Of a stretch of 64,000 nucleotides of DNA, positions 18,080-26,064 are shown one piece after another. This DNA comes from Patulibacter minatonensis (GTDB taxonomy: Bacteria > Actinomycetota > Thermoleophilia > Solirubrobacterales > Solirubrobacteraceae): the NCBI GenBank assembly GCA_036946195.1, contig JAQIJQ010000005.1, positions 41,456-105,455 on the forward strand, read 5' to 3'. The translations under genes and the position numbers were made by a program. Under the pieces are notes generated by a model that searched no databases, was not told the DNA's origin, and saw nothing but the letters and a program-made list of their open reading frames with translations. Each line of letters begins with the position of its first letter. The first letter of the stretch is position 1.

Positions 18080-19720
18080 ATGACCGCCTCCGCCGACACC
18101 CACCACACCGCCCCGGACCCTCGCCGCGCGGTGCTCAACCAGGGCCAGCCCCTGCTCCCGCGGAACCTCTTCGAGGCCGACCGGCCGCTCCAGGAGGCGC
18201 TCGCCCGTGCCGGCAGCACGCACGGCACCGAGCGCGCGCGGTCCGCCGGCGCGATCGCCGGGAGCCTGGAGATGGCGGAGCATGGACGCCGCGCCGAGCG
18301 CCATCCGCCCGTGCTCCAGCCCTACGACCAGCTCGGTCGCCGCATCGACGACGTCGAACTCGACCCGTCATGGCACTGGCTGCTGCGCACGGCCGTCGAA
18401 CGCGGCGCCGCCGGTGCCGCCTGGCGCGACCCCGATCCGGCCGCGCACGCCGTGCGCGCGGCCGTGTTCATGCTGCTGGGCAACGGGAACGGCGGCGTGA
18501 TGTGCCCGGTCTCGATGACCTACGCCGTGGTGCCCGCACTGCGGGACGGCGCCCCGGCGCTCGCCCGACGCTGGGAGGACCGGCTCACGGACACGGCCTA
18601 CCACCGCTGCGCGATCGCAGGAATGTCGATGACCGAGCGCCAAGGCGGATCGGACGTGCGCGCGAACATCACGCGCGCCGAGCCGGTGGGCGACGGGCGC
18701 TTCGAGCTCTGGGGCCACAAGTGGTTCACCTCCTACCCGCCGTGCGACCTGTTCCTGGTGCTGGCCCAGACCGCGCGTGGCCTCTCGTGCTTTGCCGTCG
18801 AACGCGGTCCGGGCATGGAGTTCCAGCGCCTCAAGGACAAGCTCGGCACGCGCTCGCTGCCGTCGTCGGAGGTCGAGTTCCACGGCATCGCCGGCGAGCT
18901 CGTCGGCGAGGAGGGCCGTGGCGTGTCGGCGATCATCCGGATGGTGAACCACACCCGGCTGGACTGCCTGCTCGGCTCCACTGCCGCCGTTCGCCGCGCG
19001 ACGGCGGAGGCGTTCCTGCATGCGTCGACGCGCAGCGCCTTCGGGCGTCGGCTCGTCGACCAGCCGCTCATGCGCAACGTGCTCGCCGATCTCGCCCTCG
19101 AATCCGAGGCGGCGACTGCGCTCGCGATGCGCGTGGCGCAGTCGTTCGACGCCGATGAGCCGGCGTTCCGGCGATTCGCCACGGCCGTGGCGAAGTACCA
19201 CGTGTGCAAGCGCGCACCCGGGCACGTCGGCGAGGCGCTCGAGTGCTTCGGCGGCAACGGCTACGTGGAGGACGGCACCCTCGCGCAGCTCTACCGCGAC
19301 GTGCCGCTCTACTCCATCTGGGAGGGCTCCGGGAACGTGGCCGCCCTCGATGTGCTGCGCGCGATCGCCCGCGAGCCCGAGGGTGTCGTCGCCTACCTCG
19401 ACGAATGCCGACTCGCACCGGGTGCGAACGCGGCCCTCGACGCGCACCTGGCCCAGCTCGACGTCGCACTCGGCGCCCTCGCCACCCCGGGCGACGACCC
19501 GGCCGGTCACCTGGACGCCGTCCAGTACGGCGCGCGGCGGCTCGTCGAGGACCTCGGCTTCGCGCTCCAGGCCAGCCTGCTGGTGCGCTACGCGCCGCCG
19601 GCCGTCGCCGACGCGTTCTGCGCTGCGCGCCTCGCTGCCGGCGGGCGCGGCCAGGCCTACGGCACCCTTCCGCGTGGCATCGGCACCGACGCGATCCTGG
19701 ACCGCGTGCTGGCCGCCTAG
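18080..19720 (+). CDS. AidB-like acyl-CoA dehydrogenase
   Basis: About 546 aa from ATG 18080. 'GGVMCPVSMTYA', 'MTERQGGSDV', 'LWGHKWFTS', 'ALECFGGNGYVEDG', 'PLYSIWEGSGNV'. Confidence 0.85.
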   Translation: MTASADTHHTAPDPRRAVLNQGQPLLPRNLFEADRPLQEALARAGSTHGTERARSAGAIAGSLEMAEHGRRAERHPPVLQPYDQLGRRIDDVELDPSWHWLLRTAVERGAAGAAWRDPDPAAHAVRAAVFMLLGNGNGGVMCPVSMTYAVVPALRDGAPALARRWEDRLTDTAYHRCAIAGMSMTERQGGSDVRANITRAEPVGDGRFELWGHKWFTSYPPCDLFLVLAQTARGLSCFAVERGPGMEFQRLKDKLGTRSLPSSEVEFHGIAGELVGEEGRGVSAIIRMVNHTRLDCLLGSTAAVRRATAEAFLHASTRSAFGRRLVDQPLMRNVLADLALESEAATALAMRVAQSFDADEPAFRRFATAVAKYHVCKRAPGHVGEALECFGGNGYVEDGTLAQLYRDVPLYSIWEGSGNVAALDVLRAIAREPEGVVAYLDECRLAPGANAALDAHLAQLDVALGALATPGDDPAGHLDAVQYGARRLVEDLGFALQASLLVRYAPPAVADAFCAARLAAGGRGQAYGTLPRGIGTDAILDRVLAA

Positions 19721-21099
19721 CTGCCGCGGAGCTTCGTGAACGCGTTCTCGAGGTGCTCGCGCTGACGGCGCGCCTCGGGCTGGCGCTGGGCGGGCGCCCA
19801 CTGGACGAGGTCGTCGAGCATCACTCGCAGGTGTCGACGAACGGGGGCGTGCCGGGCGCCGAAGTCGGCAAGCTCCTCGGACGCCAGACGGAGGTAGTGC
19901 CCCCAGGTGGGCGCCGGCATGACCACCCGCACCTCGCCGCCCGCGCCGCGCACGCGCAGCTCGCCGAGCTCGCGCCATGCCAGGCGCCGGAGCAGGTCGT
20001 GCATCTGGTCGATCGCCTGCACGGCCGTGGTCGGGTCGTTCACCCCCGGAGCCAGTCCCTTCAGGCCGATGTCCACGAGCACGCGGAACGCGTGGCGTGG
20101 ATCGGACGCGAGCGTCGGCTCGGTCGAGAACGCGAGCACGCCGCGCAGCTCGCGAACGGAGCCCGACGGCAGCCCTCCGTCGACCCGCATCACCGCAGAG
20201 CCGGCCGGCACGAACCGCCCGATCGGGACGAGCATCCTCGCTGTGGTGCCGTGACGCTCCGCGAGCTCGGCCAGCCGGACCAGGTCGACCGCGATCAGCA
20301 CCCCCGGGCGGCCGACGTGGTGGAGCGTTCCCGGGCCGTCGTTCAGGAAGCGCCGAGTCGGCGGGGCCGGCGCGATCGCCGTCCCAGTAGTCGGATTCGC
20401 CCGGATCGTGGATCTCGGCCAGGGGCGCGCCGTCGCCGAGCGACACGACCGGCGGCGGCCCGCGCTCGAGGTCGCCCCGATCGGCTGCGTCACGCGTGAT
20501 CGGGATCGGGTGGACCAGCTCGAGCTCGCGGCGAGCATGGTCGCCGACGACCGCGACCGCGTTGCCGGCCCGCAGCGTGTTCGTGATCCGGTCGAGCATC
20601 ACCACGAACCAGATCGCCGCGAGGATCGACCAGATGGTGGACACCACGCCGAAGATGTCGTCGGCCGAGTTCTGCTCGGGGTGCACGAGCAGCGCGCCGA
20701 TGGTCGCGTAGGCGAACGCACCGAACGCGAGGCCGAGCGCCCGCTTGATCTGGCGGTCGCGACGGAGGATGCCGACGAGCCTCGGGCTCATGGCGATCGA
20801 GGCGAACTCGACCGTGACGAACGCGATCGTGATCACGAAGCCGGCGAGCGCGAGCATGCCGCCGGCGACGGAGGTCAGCAGAGTGGCGTCGACCTGTGGC
20901 GCCGCGATCACGTCGATCGGCGGGAGCGCCTGCGTGATGCCGACGAGCGCCAGCGCGAGCGCGACGTACCCGAGCGGGATCAGCCACAGGCTCTCCTCGG
21001 CGAGATGCCGAAGCCGGAAGCGGGCGATCGAGAAGCCGCCGAGCGCTCGCGGCCGGATTTCGGCGCGCGGCGCGGAGGACTCGAACTGACGGAGGTCAT
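19717..21099 (-). pseudogene. DUF2254-like membrane protein; internal frame lesion and no in-frame start codon as given
   Basis: The N-terminal TM part 'LRHLAEESLWLIPLGYVALALALVG...LLTSVAGGMLALAGFVITIAFVTVEFASIAMSPRLVGILRRDRQIKRALG' is in the frame of ORF 18368..20911. The C-terminal part 'FLNDGPGTLHHVGRPGVLIAVDL...' is in ORF 19717..20538. The junction is near 20345-20366 (GGGG run 20363-20366). The N-terminal frame is open back to a TAA but contains no ATG, GTG or TTG upstream of 20911. The ATG at 21097-21099 is in another frame. Confidence 0.6.
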
Positions 21100-21126
21100 C
21101 TGCCAGCGAACCTACGAGTGCACCGG

Positions 21127-21161
21127 TTACGGGTCGATGACGCCTCCATTACGGGTCGATG
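21127..21161. repeat. 13-nt perfect direct repeat TTACGGGTCGATG x2, 22-nt period, in a divergent intergenic region
   Basis: Copies at 21127-21139 and 21149-21161, between the DUF2254-like gene (-) and the 21297 gene (+). Confidence 0.6.
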
Positions 21162-21296
21162 GTCCCGTGCGCTGCCTCACGCGACGGCCCGGGCACCCCG
21201 AAGAGAGGCGCGGAGCGGCACCGCGCCAGCGATTCCGGATACCGCTGATATCGGGAATGAGGTGGCGCATCCTTGCCGCGCTCGCCCCGGCGGTGC

Positions 21297-22250
21297 ATGA
21301 TGCCCATCGTGTTCGGCAGGAGCAGAGACGACGAAGGCGGCATTCCCGGCCTGAGCGGTACGGGTTCGTTCGGCGGCAGCCCCGCGCCCAGCTTGCGCAA
21401 GCCCGCGCCGGGAGGGGGCTCGGCGCCCGGCTCTGACTCCGGCTCCGGCCCGCAGCTCGGCGCGTCGACGGCGCGTCCATGGGAGGCCGGGCCGTGGACG
21501 ATCCGCCTGGCGACCCTCGCGTTCTTCGCGGTGTTCGCCTTCGTGTTCGTCACCGAGGAGCAGCGGCGTCTCGACGACCCCGTCCAGAAAGCGGCCCGTG
21601 GCGAGATCTCGGTCGTCGGGCGCGACTCGCTCTTCGATCCGGCACGCCTCGGGCGGGCGCTCGCCGGCGTCGAGCGGCAGAGCCCCCGCGGCGGCACCGT
21701 CGAGTCGATCCGGCTCACGCCGGCCAGCATGGACGTGGTCGTCGCGCGGCCCGATGGTGCGCAGTTCGAGTTCAACGTCGACGCCGCGCTGAAGGTCACG
21801 AAGGACGACTACACCGCCGGTGCGCCCGAGGGCCTGCCGTTCTCGCGCATCGAGGCGACCGTGCCGGCCAAGCTCCTGCGAGTGAGTGAGCGCAAGCTCG
21901 GCCTGAAGCCCGCGCACCTCGACTACGTGCTCCTGAACACCAGCAGGAGCTCCTTCGACGGCAGCCGCGACGACAGCTGGGGCGCCTACTACTCGGAGCC
22001 GCCGCTGGACAACGATGCGACCGCGGAGCTCGACGGCACCGACGTGCGCCTCATCGGCACCCCCGATGCGAAGACCCGAGCCGCCCAGCGCGCCAGCGCC
22101 CGCAGCTCGATCAAGAGCCTGCGCGACGCCGAGCGCCGCGTGTCGTCGGCGCCGTTCCCGAACGAGGCGATGCGCAAGCAGTCCCTGACCCAGATCCGCC
22201 AGGCACTCGAGCGTGCCGAGAAGACCCTCCAGGAAGCAGGCCGGCGATGA
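21297..22250 (+). CDS. Hypothetical membrane-anchored protein
   Basis: ATG-ATG at 21297. Gly/Ser/Pro-rich N-terminus, TM helix 'IRLATLAFFAVFAFVFV', then an extracytoplasmic domain of normal composition. Its stop overlaps the next gene's start (ATGA at 22247-22250). Confidence 0.65.
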   Translation: MMPIVFGRSRDDEGGIPGLSGTGSFGGSPAPSLRKPAPGGGSAPGSDSGSGPQLGASTARPWEAGPWTIRLATLAFFAVFAFVFVTEEQRRLDDPVQKAARGEISVVGRDSLFDPARLGRALAGVERQSPRGGTVESIRLTPASMDVVVARPDGAQFEFNVDAALKVTKDDYTAGAPEGLPFSRIEATVPAKLLRVSERKLGLKPAHLDYVLLNTSRSSFDGSRDDSWGAYYSEPPLDNDATAELDGTDVRLIGTPDAKTRAAQRASARSSIKSLRDAERRVSSAPFPNEAMRKQSLTQIRQALERAEKTLQEAGRR

Positions 22251-22663
22251 AGCAGCTGCGTGTAGCCCTCGGCCTGCTGATCGTCGGCGGCTGCATCCTC
22301 TTCGCCTGCTGGGCGCTGTTCGACCTCGTGCGGTTCGGCAGCTGCGCGAGCGGCGGCCCGTACGTGAGCGCGCGCGAGTGCGCCCCTGGCACCGGCTGGA
22401 AGATCGGCGGCCTCACGTTCTCGATCTTCGGCGTGCTGATCGGCGTCGGGATCTCGGGCAGCCCGCGGGTCGGCCTCGCGGCCTGGGGCTGGGGCTTCAC
22501 CGGCCTCGCGGCGACGTTCCTGATCGCGAGCTTCGGGCCGGCCGCCGGCCCCGACGCCTCAGCCGCATTCGGCATCGGCATGGGCACGCTCTTCGGCGCG
22601 ATGGGCCTGCCGGGGCTGTTCGCAGCGGTGGCGGGCCGGCGGGTCGCCCGTCGCCGGAACTAG
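22247..22663 (+). CDS. Small integral membrane protein (about 4 TM)
   Basis: 138 aa. 'LGLLIVGGCILFACWALF', 'LTFSIFGVLIGVGI', 'WGWGFTGLAATFLIA', 'GMGTLFGAMGLPGLFAAV'. Translationally coupled to the preceding gene. Confidence 0.65.
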   Translation: MKQLRVALGLLIVGGCILFACWALFDLVRFGSCASGGPYVSARECAPGTGWKIGGLTFSIFGVLIGVGISGSPRVGLAAWGWGFTGLAATFLIASFGPAAGPDASAAFGIGMGTLFGAMGLPGLFAAVAGRRVARRRN

Positions 22664-22920
22664 GCCTGGTAGTAGGCCGCGTTCAGCTGGATGTACTGCT
22701 CCATCTCGCTGGGAACCTGGTCCTCGGCGAAGCATGCATCGACCGGGCAGGCCTCCACGCATGCGTCGCAGTCGATGCACTCTTCGGGATCGATGAAGAG
22801 CTGCTTGACCGTGTCGAACTCCGGCTCGTCCGGCGTCGGGTGGATGCAGTCGACCGGGCAGACCTCGGTGCACGATGCGTCCTTGGTCCCGATGCAAGCC
22901 TCGGTGATGACGTAAGCCAT
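22660..22920 (-). CDS. fdxA: 7Fe-type ferredoxin ([3Fe-4S] and [4Fe-4S] clusters)
   Basis: 86 aa. 'CIGTKDASCTEVCP' (CX7CX3CP) and 'CIDCDACVEACP' (CX2CX2CX3CP). AGGAGA lies upstream of the ATG. Confidence 0.85.
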   Translation of the reverse strand: MAYVITEACIGTKDASCTEVCPVDCIHPTPDEPEFDTVKQLFIDPEECIDCDACVEACPVDACFAEDQVPSEMEQYIQLNAAYYQA

Positions 22921-22995
22921 TGGTGCGCGCGTCTCCTGGAAGGGAAGGGGCGGAACCTCCCCGATGAAGGAGGCGGGGAGTCCGAGCCCGAGAGT

Positions 22996-24462
22996 CTACC
23001 GAGCCACCTCGGCAGCGATCGGCGAGCGGTGCTCTGCCCACTGCAGCTGGGCCTCGAGCTGCGCCGAAAGCTGCAGCAGCACGTGCTCCTCGCACGCCCG
23101 GCCGACCGCTTGCACGCCGACCGGCAACCCGTCGACCACGTGCGTCGGGAGCGAGATCGCGGGCAGGCCCGTGATGTTGGCGACGGGCGAGAACGCCATG
23201 AAGCGCTCGGCTCGCTCGAACACGCTGAGTGGATCGGCGAGGCCCGCGGTGATCTCACCGATCGCGACGGGCGGCGTGACGAGCGTCGGCGTCAGGATCA
23301 CGTCGTAGGCCGAGAACGTCGCCACGACGAGGCGCGAGAGCCCGTCCGCCATGAACTTCGTCTGCCAGGCATCGGTCGCGTTGCGTCCCCCCGCGCGCTT
23401 GGCGACCGCCCAGCCGAGCGGATCCAGGTCGTCCGCCGTCACCGGTCCCTCGCCGCCAGAGAGGGCCTTGCCGGTGCCGCCGAGCACCCGCATCTGGATG
23501 CTGGCCATGTCGGTGAACAGGTCGACCATCAGATCGCCGAGCACGCGGCCCGGCACCGGGAGCGCCACATCCGGCTCCACGACCTCGTGCCCGAGCGTCT
23601 GCAGCAGCGCGAGTGTCTGGTCGAGCGCGTGGAGCTGGGCGGCTTCGACGACCACGCCGTCGAGCCCGGGGTCGCGGAGCACGCCGATCCGCAGCGGGCG
23701 CAGCTCGCCGGCGAGCGCCTGCGTGTAGGTCTCGTGGTGCGGCGGCGCCCAGGTCGCATCGCCGAGCTCGGGGCCCGCGAGGACGTCGAGCGCAAGGGCG
23801 GCATCGGCGGTGGTGCGGGTGAGCGCGCCGTCGACGACGAGGTAGTTGTCGCCCGTCTCCGGCCCCTGGCTGACCCGTCCGCGCTGCGGTTTGAGGCCGA
23901 CGAGTCCGGTGCACGCGGCAGGGATGCGGATCGAGCCACCTCCGTCGTTGCCGTGCGCGATGGGCAGCACGCCCGCAGCCACGGCCGCCGCCGCGCCGCC
24001 CGAGCTCCCGCCGGCGGTGCGGTTCAGGTCCCACGGGTTGCGGGTGGGCTCGCGGTGCATCGGCTCGGTCGTCGGCAGCAGACCCCATTCGGGCAGGGCG
24101 GTGGTGCCGACGATCACGGCGCCGGCGCGCCGGAGCCGCGCCGTGGTGTGGTGGTCGTACTGGGCGACGATCGCGTCGGTGATCCGGGCGCCGACGCGCA
24201 CCGGGAGGCCGAGCACGGCACGGTTGTTCTTCACGGCGATCGGCACGCCGGCGAGCGGGCGGTCGTCGCCGGGTCCGATCGCTGCAGCCGCCTGGAGCGC
24301 CCCTTCGGCGTCGACGTCCGTGAACGCGTTGATCCGGGGGTCGACGGCCTCGATGCGCTCGAGCGCGGCGGTCGCCAGCTCGGTGGCCGACACCTCACCG
24401 GCCCGCACGAGAGCGGCGAGTTCGGTGGCCGAACGCTGGAGCAGGGAGTGGTCTGCCGACAT
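22996..24462 (-). CDS. Amidase-signature family amidase
   Basis: 488 aa. 'GVPIAVKNN', 'NRTAGGSSGGAAAAVAAG', 'GNDGGGSIRIPAACTGLVGLKP'. Confidence 0.88.
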   Translation of the reverse strand: MSADHSLLQRSATELAALVRAGEVSATELATAALERIEAVDPRINAFTDVDAEGALQAAAAIGPGDDRPLAGVPIAVKNNRAVLGLPVRVGARITDAIVAQYDHHTTARLRRAGAVIVGTTALPEWGLLPTTEPMHREPTRNPWDLNRTAGGSSGGAAAAVAAGVLPIAHGNDGGGSIRIPAACTGLVGLKPQRGRVSQGPETGDNYLVVDGALTRTTADAALALDVLAGPELGDATWAPPHHETYTQALAGELRPLRIGVLRDPGLDGVVVEAAQLHALDQTLALLQTLGHEVVEPDVALPVPGRVLGDLMVDLFTDMASIQMRVLGGTGKALSGGEGPVTADDLDPLGWAVAKRAGGRNATDAWQTKFMADGLSRLVVATFSAYDVILTPTLVTPPVAIGEITAGLADPLSVFERAERFMAFSPVANITGLPAISLPTHVVDGLPVGVQAVGRACEEHVLLQLSAQLEAQLQWAEHRSPIAAEVAR

Positions 24463-24907
24463 GGACGCACGGTACCGCGCCGTCCGCAGCCCGCACCGTC
24501 CATGTGGGCGAGCGGTGGCAGGCCGACGGGGTGAGGCGCGGAGAACGCCTCACCCTCAATTCGGCTGGCACGCGCACACCCCACCCGGGCTGCGCGGCCG
24601 GCCCCGACGTACGCCGTGCTCTGTGTCCAAGAGAGCCTCGACCATCGCCTCGCTGGGGCCATGGGAAGCGACCATCGCCGAGGCGGTGTCCCGTGTCGCT
24701 TCCTGCACTGCTCATTGAACCTCGTCGAGCGGCGGTGGTACTTGCAATTCTCGAAACAAACGTGGTCAACGGTGTCCGGTCGCGCCCGCTGGTGGCCGGT
24801 CGCGCCAGGTCCGGATCTGTCATGACGCGTCCGCGCCGCGCGCACGAGGTCGTGCAGAACTCCCTGCTGAGCGCCGCGTTGAGCAGTCGCCGGTAACCTG
24901 TGCCCCG

Positions 24908-26014
24908 ATGAGCGACACCGAGATCAAGTCCGGCCTCGAGGGCGTCGTCGCCTTCGCGAGTGAGATCGCCGAGCCCGACCGCGACGGTGGCAACCTGCGG
25001 TACCGCGGCGTCGACATCGAGGATCTCGTCGGCCAGGTCCCCTACGAGTACGTGTGGGGTCTGCTGGTCGACTCCTCGTTCGATCCCGGCCTCGCCCCCG
25101 CCGAGCCGCACCCGCTGACGGTGCGCTCCGGCGATCCGCGCGTCGACGTGCAGTCCGCGCTCGCGATGCTCGCCCCGGAGTGGGGCTGCAAGCCCGTGAT
25201 CGACATCAGCGACGAGCAGGCCCGCAGCGACCTCGCCCGTGCGTCGGTCATGGCGCTCAGCTTCGTCGCGCAGTCGGCTCGTGGCGGCGGCCAGCCGCCG
25301 ATCCCGCAGGTCGAGGTCGACAACGGTCGCACCATCGCCGAGCGCTTCCTCATCCGCTGGCGTGGCGAGCTCAACGAGGACCACGCCAAGGCGATCGACG
25401 CCTACTGGATCAGTGCCGCCGAGCACGGCATGAACGCCTCCACCTTCACGGCCCGCGTGATCACCTCCACCGGTGCCGACGCCGCCGCCGCCCTCTCGGG
25501 CGCCGTCGGCGCGCTCTCCGGCCCGCTGCACGGCGGCGCGCCGTCGCGCGTGCTCAAGATGCTCGACGAGGTCGAGGCCGCCGGCGATGCGGACAAGTGG
25601 GTCAAGGACGCCCTCGATCGCGGCGAGCGGCTCATGGGCTTCGGCCACCGGGTCTACCGCGCCGAGGATCCCCGCGCTCGCGTGTTGCGACGCACCGCCA
25701 AGGAGCTCGGCGCCCAGCGTGCCGAGGTGGCCGAGGCGCTCGAGGAGGCCGCGCTCGCCGAGCTGCGCGCGCGCAAGCCCGACCGCGTCCTCGCCACGAA
25801 CGTCGAGTTCTGGTCGGCCGTCGTGCTCGACTACGCGCAGGTCCCCGCCGACCTGTTCACGCCGATGTTCACCTGCGCGCGCGTCGCCGGGTGGAGCGCG
25901 CACATCCTCGAGCAGAAGCGCGAGGCCAAGCTCATCCGACCGAGCGCGAAGTACGTCGGCCCCGGTCCGCGTCCCGTCAAGGACGTGCCCGGCGCCTCCG
26001 TCCTCGGCCTCTAG
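24908..26014 (+). CDS. citA: Citrate synthase, short (CitA / type II-like) form
   Basis: 368 aa. 'LRYRGVDIEDL', 'AAEHGMNASTF', 'GPLHGGA', 'MGFGHRVYRAEDPRA', 'NVEFWSAV'. Confidence 0.88.
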   Translation: MSDTEIKSGLEGVVAFASEIAEPDRDGGNLRYRGVDIEDLVGQVPYEYVWGLLVDSSFDPGLAPAEPHPLTVRSGDPRVDVQSALAMLAPEWGCKPVIDISDEQARSDLARASVMALSFVAQSARGGGQPPIPQVEVDNGRTIAERFLIRWRGELNEDHAKAIDAYWISAAEHGMNASTFTARVITSTGADAAAALSGAVGALSGPLHGGAPSRVLKMLDEVEAAGDADKWVKDALDRGERLMGFGHRVYRAEDPRARVLRRTAKELGAQRAEVAEALEEAALAELRARKPDRVLATNVEFWSAVVLDYAQVPADLFTPMFTCARVAGWSAHILEQKREAKLIRPSAKYVGPGPRPVKDVPGASVLGL

Positions 26015-26064
26015 TCGACCCGCGCGGCGGCGCGCCGGCCCGGCCGGCCGCGCCGACCCGCCGC

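Noticed and set aside
24735-24752. RamB-like box (GGTACTTGCAATTC) upstream of citrate synthase
   Set aside because: It lacks one T of the ACTTTGCAAA core. RamB-type regulation is documented for Corynebacteriales, not for this lineage. The similarity is superficial.
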